This document shows, piece by piece, positions 1 through 15,000 of a DNA stretch of 64,000 nt. The DNA is taken from positions 103,594 through 167,593 of the forward strand of contig NMRA01000462.1 in the NCBI GenBank assembly GCA_002633005.1, written 5' to 3'. A program made the translations under genes and the position numbers. The notes under the pieces are model-generated. The model did no database searches and was not told the DNA's origin. It saw nothing but the letters and a program-made list of their open reading frames with translations. The stretch's first letter is position 1; each line of letters begins with the position of its first letter. The DNA comes from Phoronis australis. Lineage: Eukaryota > Animalia > Phoronida.

Positions 1-1155
1 TAAAGTGGAAGAATGTGAGTTTAAATGAACAAGTTTACATTGACCTCCATACAGCTAGCAGAAATTGCTGGGAGGGGGGGGGTCAGATCAGTTGGTGCAA
101 AGATCTTTTTTTGTAGAAATGATTCATTCATGTGACCAGCCCCAGATCGTATGTCTGGTCTTGGCTGAGACAGTCCTAAACTTTTGATTTTTAACTTTCA
201 CACAGTGCTCCTGTAGGTCTCTACTGAGTCTCAATATCAACTTTGGCCAACTTTATTCTAGTTGCANTGAAAAAGTTATAACCCATTGACAATATGTAGA
301 GTTTTTACTGCAAACAGAGCTTAAGATAGAAATTATTTTGTGCCGTATTGCTCGAGTTTTATCTCCTATATGAATAGAGCGGGCATCCCATCGCAGGAGC
401 CCTCCATATTTATCTTGCCAAGACATAGTATCTTGGATTCCTATTTCTGTTGGTAACCAGACAAAATGAAAACACCCTAGATAGTCACTTTTGGTGAAAT
501 AAATAATAATGATGATGATGACAATGACCACGATGCTGTTGATCACTCGTGGTGGTGATAAAAGGACTAAGAAACAGCCTTTGCACAGTAAATGGTAAAC
601 CAACAAATGTGTAGCAAAAACAATCAGTAAAAGAGCAGTCATCAGTAAATCTCGTGTAACTAGAAAATGTGAAATCGTGGAGAAAAACGAGTGGCAATAT
701 ATGATGTCATATAGAAGTAATTTCGTCAGCTGGTTACAGTGTTCTGAGCCTTCAGGCCACACATGGCTCAAGCACAAGTAAAGTACAAGACAATTGACAT
801 GTCCTTGACCTTCTTTGTATTAAGTGACCCTGTGTTTCTTCTTCAAGTGTTTTGAGGTATGGTTGAGAATCCTGCCAAGCCAAGGGTGAAGTGGAAGAAT
901 GTGAGTTTAAATGAACAAGTTTACATTGACCTCCATACAGCTAGCAGAAAGTGCTGGGAGGGGGGGGTGGTTCAGATCAGTTGGTGCAAAGATCTTTTTT
1001 GTAGAAATGATTCATTCATGTGACCAGCCCCAGATCGTATGTCTGGTCTTGGCTGAGACAGTCCTAAACTTTTGATTTTTAACTTTCACACAGTGCTCCT
1101 GTAGGTCTCTACTGAGTCTCAATATCAACTTTGGCCAACTTTATTCTAGTTGCAA
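1..1155. repeat. Near-identical ~265-bp direct repeat (3-266 and ~889-1155); first copy ends at an N
   Basis: aagtggaagaatgtgag...ttattctagttgca occurs twice, differing mainly in homopolymer lengths; N at 267. Confidence 0.9.
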
Positions 1156-3025
1156 CGTTTCGATCTTATAAAAATAGTTTCTTTCTTAGTATAGTGTTGA
1201 AAATCTGACTCTGTGTATTCCACACAATCTTGAGTTTGTTGCGTTCAAGAAGGCAATGTAAAATCTTTTGATTGAAGTTTAATTCATGGAGTAACTGTGC
1301 GATCATAGAAACAATAGTTCAACTCATAAATTCATCGTCAATACATTGGTTCTGTGTCTTCAATTCGAATATATGTATGTTCATTCTAAAGGATGAAACT
1401 AAAATGAGTAAGAGCACGTGTTTGATGGAAGTACTGTTTGTAAAGTATATTATGCTCTCCTTAATGATCTACATTTTTTTCAAAAGCTCACTCTTTTGGC
1501 AGCCCCCTCTCTTGTCGGTAAAGAATGCGGTCTTGCGGGAATGTTGATATTTTCTGCCCGGGATTTTCAGGGAATCTTTGGAAATTTAAATGGCGTATGC
1601 CATCCATTAACCTCCGTCCCCAGTGAATGTGCTGTATATTGTAACTGTGATCCCTTATTGGGGTTGGATTTCAATGAAGTCATAACTGTTGGAGAAGCAG
1701 AGTTGTCTAAGGGATGATTTCCAGTACCTACTCTCTCCTGGTTTTTCATTCAAAATTTGTTGATAAAGAGTTTTGTGCAAGCTGCGGTGTTACACTTTCT
1801 TGCAAAATATCCGTAGATTGTTTTGTATTTCCTGTGTGTGTTCCCTTAATATCTGTGAGGATGAAAAGTAGTCATTAATTCATTCCCTGGATAGTTTTAG
1901 CTTTGCCTCATTAGATTTTCATTTCACGCCAAGAATAGATTTTCTTGGAGCAGTGCTAGGGGGCTATTGCAATGTAACTACAGCAACAGTGAATTGATGG
2001 CCTTTCAGTTATGTGATGGAATCATTGTTAGTGCATTTAATTGTTTATCTATACTCTTTGTTAGTATTTTTCATCTTTTTGTTCGCTTTGCTGAAATCGT
2101 CATCGAGAAGTCAGTTCTTAGAAAAAAGATTTAAATAATTGATAATATCGCTGACTAGTTAAAAAGTTAAGCGAAGTGTCGGTGAAGCTTCAGTAAGGTG
2201 AAGTTCCCTTAATGAAAAAGCGACAAAAGACCTCATACCTCTGTACATGTGTGTACTTCGAAGTATACGGTTTATCTACTAAAGTGCGAGCAAGAACGCC
2301 GACAGTTTTGGAGTAACTCAAATCTCCACCAAAGTGCCATCAAAAGCAACACTGGTGGCGAAAAAGTGCTGGTGAAAAATGCTAACGTTTTAGCCAGTTT
2401 GTGAGCGGGGTACTAGGCTTTACCCGGGTGTTTTTCACTTTCTGTCTGCAAACTGGTGTTTTACTTGATTACCTCCTGATCATGCATTAGGTGTTTGAGT
2501 TCATTATGGAGCCATGCTGACTGTCAAATTGTGTTGTAGAAACAATCATCTATGTGTATTATGCATTTCATGGTACAGGTTGTGAACAAGTGTTTGTGAT
2601 TTGCATCCTTGGACCTAAATGCCTGATTGTCAATCAATAGTGAGTAAACCTGTCAGCTGATCCCAACTGTGATTTCTGATGATGGTTTTGTTGCCTTACA
2701 AAGCAATGCTTAATTGTATGGTTTGTGCTTGATTGAACTCCTGTGTTGTAAGAGTTATTTGAAGTTTCTAGAAATTCAGTTGATAACTGCTTTAACACTA
2801 ACTGGTGCAGTTGGCTGGTAATCTCGTATGATAAAACATTGTATTTGGAACAGACATATAATAATAATAATAATAACTTTATTTATGGAGGATAAAAAAC
2901 ATGTTAAGTGTAAAACTTATCTACCACATGGTCCTCGAAATTACAATAAATAGATAAATAAAATAAAGAAATGACATTCCTAATTGAATTCTTTAAAACT
3001 TGTGTTTTTGTTGCCTCATTTTCAG

Positions 3026-6000
3026 AAGTCTGTTTTCTCGCAAGCCCAAAGAGGAGTCGCCCCCTGGATGGAAACTGTTCGGCAAAGTGCCCCCCAAGCA
3101 GGCCCCAGCTAAGAACCCCAGCCAGATTACAGAGGAGTATCAATGCAACCAGAGGGCGCTAGCGAGGAAGAAGGACATTGAGGTGACAAGTACGACGGCT
3201 CTCATCTTGGAAAACCGTCCAAGGTAATAGCTGTTGAAGTGCCATTATTGGCCAGAAAGGATTTTATTAGATAAGCCTCAGTTTGAAATCAAAACTTCAA
3301 CCAGTGGGGTCGCAGTCTGACGCTCCGCAGGCACAGCTTAACCCCTCTCAGTAAATGACAGAATATTTCAAGCGTCATGATTTCAGCAAATACCTTGCAG
3401 ACGATGGCAAGAATTCATTTGTTATAAGATCATGAAACCGCAACGTACGTCTATCCCATCGAGCAGTATTCCCATTTTTCTGCTGTAAAACCGATGTCCC
3501 TTTAAAGTTCTGAGTACTCTCATTATAGAAAAACCTTTTCGAATATCATTGAATTTTGTCTTAAATTTCTTCTGTACCCATTCATGGTTATGCTTTGGAC
3601 ATTTAATTCAAGAAATTTAAAACATCAAGAATTAGGATGTTAAACTGAACATAACAAAGTAGAATTCGATGGGTGGCATTTAGCTAAATGTGGACATACA
3701 TGCACAAGGGATATTTTCAGGACTGCTTTTAGTTTGTTTAACTTCTTTGTTTTCTTTTTTAATAAACCACATGTGGTATAGATCATAGTTCTTGTGAGGC
3801 ATTTCTGGTTGAATTTCATTTTTCAGCTCTACATTCATAAAAGTCCTTAAAGTAACATTGCACATTGTCGTTGATCAATAATTGCAATCTTGTGATAGCT
3901 ACAGTTTTTTGTTGGGAGTTTTTGTTAGCTTTAACAGTACATAGTTATATACTAATCAAAGCTGAGCATAAAAGAATGTCTACATCTTGAAGGCATGATT
4001 ACAAATGATTCAGTGATATGGCATACATTTCTTTCCAGAAACAGGTTTTTATGTCTCATTTCTTCATTTTTGCCCTACGTACAAATAGTTGTCATTCTGT
4101 ATTGTGTTTCCCAGTTCACCCATGTGTCTTGTGACCATAGGTTGAAGTTTGCCCTGTCTGCAGCTGATAACTAGTGGCTCTGACATTAAGGGGTCAAAGG
4201 TTATGAAATGAGAGATCAGTCACCCTGTTCCCTAGGACTCCCAATTTCTTGCTGAAGGGTTCATACCTCTTTGAAATGGGTTCAGGTGGCCAGTTGTGGG
4301 CAGAGGTTTCATTCATGATTTATATAGCAGTTGGTGGTTCTGCTTCAGCTACTACTTTTGCGTCAAATTACTAGTACTTAGTTAATGAAGGATTTAGTGG
4401 TGTTTGAAAACACCAGTTGATAACTTTGGGCATTAGAAACTTTGTTATTACCAAAATTTCACCAATTTGTGACAATTGTATTTTTCCAAAGCTTTTAACA
4501 TTGTTGTGAATGCCCTCAATAGCTGTGGTGTATAACTTTAAATTAATGAAGCGTATATTTAGTGCTACCTATCTTTTAATGAATAAAAAAATTTAGCCAT
4601 ATTGTGTCCAAAATTGGTGAAATTTTTCACAGAAGTTCCAGAGAGGACTTGTTGTTTTATCAGCACATGAATCAACCAAAGAAATGATCAAGCATGATTT
4701 GACCTTTTGCTGATGTGTTTCCCCCTGGCTGTTTACATTTTAAATAGTTAATTAACATACTTTTATTGGATAGTCATGGCTAAAGACTTTTGTGCCAATC
4801 TATTTTGTTATCAGTCACACTGCATAAAACAGGGTTAGTATGGCTGGGCACTTGACTTCTTGAATATCAGGAAACTGAGGGATGAAATTTTCATCCTTTG
4901 TTTCAAGTCTCATTAAAAGTCTTTGTTTTTCTCATTGTCATGATTGAAATATTCAAAACTACTATAGACTCTAGTGTCGCCAGTACTTAACAACTAAAGT
5001 GCTGCATCAGAAGGATTTAGGGTATATTTTTTCAGTACACGCTGGTGAACAGGTGCTTGTTTGAAGGTCGTTGATTTTCAGAGCTACTACGGTGGATGTA
5101 CGCAAACGTTTTAAACTAGTAACTTTGATTGTAGCTTGATTAACATGCGCCATGGTTTGACTTGTTTTCACCTACTCTCGATAAAAAAGAACTTACTCTG
5201 GGCAGTAAAATTAAATCGCAAAATTTCATCCCCAGGGATTTAAGGTACAGAATTTCCATCAGCTTAGATTTTTTTCAGCAACTTTTGATAAAACTGAATT
5301 AAAATTTAATTGCCAAGTTTCATCACCAGAGATTAGAGGCATGAATTTTTTATCAAGATATTTTCTTTCACAGATACAAAAGTAACAACACAAATGCAAT
5401 GTGAGTGAATGCTAGAAATTGAATGACCGGCATATCTGTACACAGTAGATTCCGGTTTAGCCTTTTTTCTCCATTATCGTGTTCGTATGTGACGTTCTAT
5501 TTCCTAAAGTTGTGTAAGAACACCTCTTCACACTGTCTGATTTGTGGTATACGACAGCTGGGCACAAAGTCAGCCATATACAAATAATTGGAGTGTGTAA
5601 ACTGATCTAGTCAGGCATTGTGGTTTTAGCCAACCCATTGGGAATTTAAACGGATTCCAACTACACTATTTTTTAGTTTTTGAGGTTTTGATCTGTACAT
5701 AGTAAATAGGATAAAATCGACCTGAATCAACTCTTGTTTTATAAAATAAACAAGAAATTTTGTCCTAGTGTACCACCATGTGATGTCATGGATGTAGCAT
5801 GGGAGTTAATCCTTAGCCTAGCACATTCGGCATTGTTTGTAGCGTGTTGCCAAGGAGAGCCACTTAGTTTACTGTTGTGATAAGCACAGAAATATTCAAA
5901 ATACAACCTGATAATTACTGGAAATGGTAAATGAACTTGGTGTTGACAAATCCTTACCTTTGATCAGTCTTTCTAACTATGACACGCTGACTGCTCAATG

Positions 6001-9000
6001 AATCAATTGTAGTAGGAACTCAGGTATTGAGACAGTGATGAAAACAGTAACGGGAATGATAAAAAGGTGACGTGAAAAGAAAACAGGCATTTGCTGTGAA
6101 CACACCCCAACTTTTTCAGTCTTTTTAGGTATTACATGGTAGATCCATGTGGAATCTCCTGGTAAGCTTGTGCATACACAGCATACAGGAGAGCAATTAT
6201 TGTGGTTTGGGAGAAATTTGTTGAAGTAGGCAACAAGTGTTTTGGTGTCTTTTTGAATTTACATTCAATTTTGAGGTCTTAATGAATAATAATTACGTGT
6301 GTTTATTTCAAAATAAACAAATGTGATTTCCATACATCGCAGCAACAACTGCGTGATGCATTTTAGCAATTTTCAATCAGCTTTCAATCTCATCAACCAG
6401 CGACCAAAAACTAACATTACAACTGAAAACTACATATTCTTTCAATGTGTTGAGTTTACAATTAGTATTTCTGAAATGTCAATATGTATGGTTACTTATT
6501 AGTAACCAAACATGCGATTTTCTACAGGGAAGTAACACGTGATCATCATTGGCGTTAATTTGCTCCAGTGTCCATGTTGAGCTCAGTTCCCCAGCTGTTG
6601 ACTGCCATGACTGCAAGGCAGTACTATAATTCAGTTTTAACTTGGAATTGTTTGTGATTTTTCGGAAACTGAAGCGTAGACTCAATTTTTTGGGTCCCTA
6701 CACCACATGTATTTAATTGCCTCACTGAGTGAATTCTACAAACTTTTTTTCACAATGGCTTGACTCCACTGGGGCTACGTGGCTATTCTGGCAGATAGGT
6801 AGAGATGTCTTCCACCCATGACATGAAATCAATTTTTGTTTAACTTCTATTAACACACAATCTTTCCCAGTTGCATTGTAGCACTTGTGACAGTGGTAAA
6901 TCTAAATAAATGTTCCTAGGTTTGTCATCAACAATGACTGACAAGTTACGCAACTCTTGATATTGTTTTTCTTCTTGTAGCTGACACCTGTTAATGACTT
7001 GTAGTCAGTCAACTTAGTGTTCTCCTTTCAGTGGTCTCCCCTCTAAGTCCCCTGAAGAAGAACTGAGGCACAAACAGCAGTATGAAGCTATGGTGGAAGC
7101 GGCAAAGAAAAAAGGTTAGAGCGCGTTCACATGGCACATTATGCTGATAAATCTCTATGTTTTGTTGGGTGTTTGCATGGCGCATTATCCAGGTGAACCT
7201 CTGTGATGAGATTCAATTAGTATGGTGAATGACTACTGATTGATTTCTTGGAATATATAGACAAACATGACCAAACCTTATTTGCAGAATGAAAAATGGT
7301 TTGAATGTTGTGTTGACCATGCTGCGAGCTGTATTTTTAGTAAATAACTTTTGAGAGGTCAGCATGCTTGCTCAGTGGATGAGCAGTCATAACAAGTATG
7401 TGCTGTTGATAGGCCTCCTTTTGAATTGGGACTGTTACCAATCGGGTATCTGTCATCTTTTTTGGATTTAAAAGACAAGAATGGTTTTACAGTGAGGTTG
7501 CATTGTGAGGCATTGGCGTGTGTAGTTTTGGAGTACTGGAACATAATTATTTGCTTTTATAAATCTAAGGAAATCAGTTAAGTCGGATGTTTCTGATTTA
7601 CGTCAGGCAGAAGACCAAAACTTAGCAAGACTGATGCAAACATTGCTCTAAATTGGCTTGATTTGTCTCTGCATCAAGCTGTTAGCAATTGGGGATTATG
7701 CCATCTGTTGTCTTCTACCTTGTTCATATAATTGCTAGTTTTTGTTGCAATGCCCCCTTTTGTCCACCGGCAGAACTAAAGGAAGCCAAGCAGAAGAAGA
7801 AACAACTGCAGCAACAACTGCGACAGGAACAGCTGACCACTCAGGCACTTAGGGTTTGGACAACGGAGATCCTTCCTTTCTGGGACACAGCCAGCACCAG
7901 TAAGAAAGCACGCGAACTGTGGTGGATGGGCCTGCCACCTAGTGTTCGTGGCAAGATCTGGCAGTTGGCAATAGGCAATGAGCTGAACATCACATCAGGT
8001 GGGTGTGGTTTGTGTGTTGAGGGGTGTCAGGGTAGGGTGTAGTATTGGGGGCGGAGTTTGTGAGTATAGGGGGAAGTCTGTGAGTGTACGCGGGGTCTGC
8101 CTGCATTAATAAAGCATAAAAAGGTTCTGTGCAATCACATCTGCTCCAACATGTACCAGACTACCTGGAGTAATTTTTTACAATTGGGAAAGCTTACTAG
8201 TTCAAGACCCATGTCCATTGAGTGTCGCAGCGTTTCTAACTGGGTCTGTCTTATTTGGTATCAAACTTGCATACTTTTTACAGTGTTTTCATCCTTGTCT
8301 TCCACAGTTCTGTATGCTACTGATGGTGTTATATAATGAGAACTTTCAAAACTCATTGAAATTCAACATCACTTGACTATACTGCTGTCCTATATGTAAT
8401 CTAAGGTGATGCTTTTTATTCACTGTAAGTGTTACGTGTGGATTGGAAATTTCTTTGTGTCTTTTAATGTGAACTAAAATAATTCAGATGACTTAACGTA
8501 GTTCGCCACCTATAGTCAAACAGCTAAACACCTCCATGAACTATAAAGAATCAAATTGCCACTCTAAATTGTGATGATCTTAGAAATATTTGTTCAATCA
8601 AAATTTCATCGTAATCATGTAAACATTATATTTCAGAGCTTTATGAAATATGTGTGTCGCGGGCTGAAGATCGAATTCGCATAATGAGCGAGGGTGACTC
8701 AGACTCCTTGTGTAGTAATGGTGAGTTAGTGGCCGTTAGTCACGATAAAGGGGACTCTTAATTCGGTGAAAACGTAGTCCCCAAACTGTGACCAAGGGAG
8801 GACAAGCTTACCTTCAAAGATGTTTTACTCCAAATAAGAATTACTTGGTACTATTGACGTGCAGTTTTCAAGCTGATTAGTACGTTTCATACATTGTTGT
8901 TAAGCCTTTCATTGCCAGTCCTCAAAAAGTAGTCTGAAAAATTTACTTTTGTACGACACTACAAACCGCTAAATCAGAATCGGTTCATACTGAAATAGGT

Positions 9001-12000
9001 TAATTATTAATGTCATTAAGTCGTGTAAAGTTAGTGTACATTTATATTTTGGTTATGAAATGACGTAGTATTTGCTTTTCTTGAAACATGGCAGAAGTTG
9101 GAGGTCTATTGTAATTGACAAGTAATAACGCTACAGAGAGACTGGAGGCTTGGAAATTCCATACAATATATTGTTTATTAGATCACCAGGATTAATAGAA
9201 AGACTGAAGTCATGTTGTAAAAAGTCACATGAAGTTAATCTACGTTTTACATAGTCGGTTACAATGAAAGAGAGGGTGCTTATATTTGAAAGTTCAAAAT
9301 CTGGTTGGCACTCTGAGGTGTTTAAAGGACATGGGCGCTTAATAGGGCAAATACGGTAGAGCCTTTTCAAGCACCATGCCATGTCATTTTGCACTGCTTT
9401 CTTAGAAATTAATTCAATAGTAGTAATAGTAATAGTTCCTTCCTTAATATCTTCGCTTTTTAATTAACTCTGAAAATAGCAATCAAGGAAAGAAATGTTA
9501 CACAAATGTCCTGTGGTACTGCATGATAAACCGTTCACATGTCTCAATTGTAAGCTTGCATGTTTGATTTAGATGTCAAATGTTTGTTTTGGATGTCAAA
9601 TAGTCTTCAAAATTGGTTTTGGAATGGCCAGTTACAGAAATGTAATTGATTAATGTTTGTGACATTCTTATTCCCCATGACTGAGTAAACGTTTACTTAA
9701 GTTAGGTTTCGTTAATGAGATTTGCTGTGATGCTTGCAGCTAGTTCTATTTCCGGGGTATACTGTCATAGAAGGTGCAGATGGGTGGTTTTTCGTTGCCA
9801 GATTTTCTTCAAAACAGTGCCTTTTTCGATTTCATGTCTGTTGTCTAAAGAGGTGGGGGCATCCTGGTTTTGCACCATCAGGTATGATTAAGCAACCCCA
9901 TTTTTGTGTTCAGGCGACAAGGTTTAGCTTGTGTTCATTTGTGAACATGCGCTAATTTACATGTTGACAAGATTTCATGTTGTAAACTTGTGTTGATGTT
10001 AATTTTCATGTTCGCCCATATTCATTTACACATCACTGTGTTGGTAAACATGAGGTCAAATTGGTTGGTTATAAAACAAACTGGTCTGCCTGAGAGAAAG
10101 GATCAAACTACAACTGCCAAAGAGTGTAGAAATAACAAATAATATGCTATAAATATAATGCTGTAATGGCAATTTTGGTTTTTGGTCAAACCATTGATTA
10201 AAAAAGTTAATGACAAAAACGTTGTAATATCCGTTGTTCTGTATAGTCAATGTCTACAACAGTATGCAACATCCAATTTTTCGATGGACTTGACAGTCCA
10301 TCATCTTCAGGGGTAAACTGATAATCACAGGTGAAGTGTAAACAAATTAGAAAATGGACAGACTTCATGTTTCACAGTAGCAAAAACATAAAATACAAAT
10401 ATGAAACCTACAACCGGAGCCTAGTGGTACCTTACTGAATCATAAATGGGCTAAATCAGATCGCGACAGTTTAAAATTATAATGTGGACTAGTTAATATG
10501 GAGGCTGTAATCTATCTGTCATGAAGTTTCCAATTGTTTGTGTAATCTTATCATCTAATCGCCTTAAATGCTGTTAATAGCAAGCTAATCTTTCCTTGAT
10601 GATCTCCATGGGATGTTATCAGTATGAATGCAATTAGACTAGAAACTTTTGCGATATAAAGCAGTCTAAAATTAAGTTAAAATAGTGATCAGCTTTTTGT
10701 GCTGTTTGCGTCTATTTTAACCAGGTTTACGTGATTGTTTGCAAACAGTCATGAATGGAGGTTGTGCCATTTGTTTTCCGTAAAAGCATCCCACCTATTG
10801 ATTGTTAGTTCATGGAGAACTCTTGCCACCATTTGTTAAAATGTCAATAAGCTATTAGCAAGTTATGACTATTTGTTTGTTATCTATCTGACATATAAAA
10901 GAGATTAGCCTGATCCTCCACCAATCTCAGGGTAAAATGCCGTTGCATGAGCTAGCACAATAATAATAATCAAGCTTGTAACTTTTAATTTCACTACTAA
11001 TGCTTTCCAACCGATAACAGTTGACCTACGTGCTCAGCCAATGTCCGTAGCTCAAGTTGCTATGCCAACAGAAAATTTTCTGATGATGTCAGGGTTCCCT
11101 GTGACGTGGTAACAGTCTATGAGAAAATGTGCTTGCCTGAAATTCTGTGACATTTTGTGACATTTTGAGAATTCTGAGACAAAATGTGACCCAAGTAGTT
11201 ACTGTTAGTGTTTTGTTGGGTTTATGGATAATTTATGCGGCATCAAGTGGTGGTTCCTTTTTTCACAAATTGTTAAATGATCAAATTCATCATTATCACT
11301 GACAAATATTGTGTCTCGTGTGTGTTGCAAAATCAATGGTGATGTGACATATATGTGCAAAAGGCGTGACCATTGAGACTTTCTTGCCTTTGAGCTTTTG
11401 AAAATTTTTAGTTGTGACAAATTGCGACTTGCCATTAGCATGAATCCATTCTCTGCGTATGTCATTCACAAGATTTACAGTAATAGTTATAGGTTTTCAT
11501 GGTTTTTTAACGTTAAACTGGATGATGGACAATTTGTCCTTGGTTGGATGGCATGATTGATTCTTTATGTTTTGTGAGCAGTATTCTCCCATTGTAAATT
11601 CTGCAAATTCCTCAGGTGCTTCTTAACGAGAATGGAGGATAGTCAACACCTTGACCTGTCCTTTTAGCGAGAAAAAGATATTAGTCATATAAGTGTGTGA
11701 AGGATAAGAACTTTAATGCTAATTTTTAATGCATTTCTGGGCTCCCTACATCTCAAGAGCTATCCAAGGTAGACATGGAATTTTTATCACTATATTACAT
11801 ATCATTTGGGATGGTAGAATATATATTATATAGAATATACAATATATCTGTTCAAGTTAATGTGCATTGCTCTTACATTAGAAAACTGAAAACTCAACAA
11901 ATGTATGTTAAAAGGACAGTTATTCTGTGCTTTTCGTCAAAAAAACATATTTGGGATTCAAACTTTTGATTCAGCCACTTTCATTTGTAAAATCGATCTT

Positions 12001-15000
12001 GATCCTTATCCAGGTAAGAAATGATTTCTAGTCTTCAAAAGAAGTGATGCATATTGTTAAGGTTTCAGCCCAGGGGGTCAGTTTCGGTCGTGTAAGCACT
12101 GTGTCCATTGGTGGAATTACAGGCGATGTACTGTAACCAAATTCAGTTCTAACAAGTGATAAGAATGAAGTGATGTTACCTTGAAAGAAAAAATACAATT
12201 GTGGAGAAAGCTGAATGATTTATTTAACACTGGAGCTGGGCTCGGCAGTTTTAGTTGGTTTTTGCATTTCAGTTGTTATTGTGTAACACTTTGAATAGAG
12301 ATGTGATGCAAGAACTGCATTTGTATTGCAGAGCCAGCCTCATCCAAGGAGGCCAGTGTTGATCTCATCAAGTTAGACGTGTCTCGTACATTCCCACAGC
12401 TGTGCATCTTTCAGAAAGGCGGTCCCTACCACGACCTCCTTCATAGCCTCCTGGGGGCTTACGCCTGCTACAGGCCAGATGTGGGCTATGTAAGTACGGG
12501 GGATGATACCCGCTGATCATTTTACAGTTTTCCTGGAAATGTAATTGTGCCCTACAAATTGTGGAATAACCAAAACCTCAAATAATCAAGGGCTGGAGCT
12601 TGTTTTATCAAATATCATGTCTCATGATCCTACCTATACAGTCATAGGCACTTGATCCAAATGCAACGTCTTTTTTATTGGAATATAGCATTTTAACTGA
12701 CCTAAATTTGGCCTTCGTCAACATTCACGGTTAACCACCATCTTTGTAAACCACTTCAATGCAGTGTGCGCCAGTAGAATCTAAGATATGACGTCTAAGC
12801 TTTGACTGGGCTTACGATCATCGATAAACTGTATCCCCACTTTCTAAAGCATATTTATGAAGCGTAATTTTTCATACCTAATACCGCAGTCCAGTCGGGT
12901 AGTGTTCATAATCATGGCAGTTTTGTTTTATGTGCACTTCTCGTAATTGTACCGTACTTATCTAGGTAAATGCTCAGATTTGGCAAAGTGCCCTACTTGG
13001 AGATTTTTTTTGAAGACTTATGTCCATTTGGATAAGCAACTACCCCTGAATTTTTTTCTTGCTTTAAATCCTCTGGATGACTACAGTGTTCCGTGTTTGT
13101 AGTGTCTCCCTATTTGTCCATATCTCATCTTTTATTCAGGTACAAGGGATGTCGTTCATTGCCGCTGTTCTTCTGCTCAATATGGATGTGGCAGACGCAT
13201 TCGTATGCTTCACCAACTTGCTCAACAAACCGTGTCAGGTCACCTTCTTTAGAATGGACGAAAGCATAGTAAGTTTGGATTGGGGATTTGGCTGCTCCAG
13301 TGATTGGACAAAAACTTTGGATCAAGTATTCATTGCCACACGGTTATCAAATTAGCAGTACGCATGTAAACAAATTGTTTTATATAAAACGCATAGGTGA
13401 TGTGCAACCTTCTTGGCAAGTTGGTGCGTTTAGCCAAATTTCCACAAAACCGTAAATTTAACTCGGTAAAAGTGTTTAGTTTGTACACAGCAACTATGTA
13501 GAATTTAATGTTTGGCTTTGTGCCTAATAACCATTAATTGGGTGGAGTGACCATCTTTTTTAAAATTATGTCCTGAAAAAGGTCCATTCAAAGCAATACA
13601 CTGGTGACAATAATTTGTCCATTGGCAATTTTCTTTCGAAAAAAATGAGGATGAAATTTCAAGAAAAAATTCTTAATCATAGTTCAGTGTTTTTTATATG
13701 CAACATTCTATTTTTTGTGTTGAGTTCCTGAAATTCCTATTTTATGAAAGCCCCTTGTGCAAATATTAACAGTGTATACAGCACAGTATCTTAAAGTTTG
13801 AGAATCTCATAATAAAGCCATTTTTGAGTTATGATTTTATGAAGTTAGCCACATTTGGACATTTTTTTCTAGTATTTCACGTAATATTGACTTAGTTCTT
13901 TTTACAGGTGTTAATTGATAGATAGATCTGAAGTCACCTAGTACATCGTTTATTGATGTCATACTTCTTACGAATTATAATGTTAACACTCAGCTACAAC
14001 TAGAAATGGTCATTTCAAGCAATTTTTAAAAAAGTCTTTAACGCTGTTTTTCAGATGAAGGCCTACTTTGCCACATATGAAGAATTCTTCGCTGAAAATC
14101 TACCTCGACTGTTTAATCACTTCAGTAATCAGAAGCTGACCCCTGACCTCTACATCATAGACTGGTGAGTGGCAGGTGTCAATCTGTTAAAGGCTCACCA
14201 GTTTAGTGAAGGGAGCAAACGTTAAAGACCACTTTCAGAAGATTAAGTTTGGCTTTGCCTTTGAAACGGGCGACAAACTTGTCCCATTTATACCCAGCAT
14301 AATATTGTATCCCCCATGCTGTGCTTATTGAGGTAATCCCAAATTTCACACTAGATTAAATCAAGTTTGCACCCGAATATTCCCTTAAAAGCAAGTGCTG
14401 GAAACTATGTGGTCCATGCACCAAATGATGATTTTCAAAAATGGTGCTATGTAGCTTAAACATACTGGGAAATAAAGAACTTGGTCAAACATATTTATAT
14501 CATGTAGTTGGTGAAAACAGTTGAATGATAAAATGGCCGAACATATCAGGCACGACTATTCTTCAGTCCCAAGTGAACGTTTCACATTGTGAAATTGTGA
14601 TATTTCAACAAGTGATGTGTGTCTTCGCAACTTTGGTGTCTTTGTCAAAGACTTTATACTGCGATACCAAGATTGATGTTCCGCATATGTGTCAGTTTTT
14701 GTTCTTATCATTTTTAAGTTTGTTTTCACATTTTTGATGTGGTATCTAAGATAACTCGTGATTTCTGTATTACAGGATGTTTACTTTGTTCAGTAAGTCG
14801 TTGCCACTAGATGTAGCTAGTCGAGTGTGGGACGTCTACTATCGCGACGGCGAGGAGTTTCTCTTTAGGACGGCATTAGGTACAAAGTGTTTTTAAAGTC
14901 AACAACTTGTGTTTCTTTTTCAGCAATCGTTTGAATCCCTTGATAACACAGCCGCTCATGTTGTAAGCATTTGGGAAATTAGTCTGGAATAAATTTTATT

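Noticed and set aside
253-777. 174-aa minus-strand ORF
   Set aside because: Crosses an N, includes microsatellite-derived poly-Ile, has a non-ATG start and no recognisable domain.
1-1155. LTR pair or biological direct repeat
   Set aside because: The first copy ends exactly at an N, differences are mostly homopolymer lengths, and there is no internal gag/pol; best explained as contig overlap.
11075-11145. Intronic box C/D snoRNA (TGATGA...CTGA)
   Set aside because: Only a 4-bp AT terminal stem and no rRNA-complementary guide that I could recognise; chance occurrence is likely.
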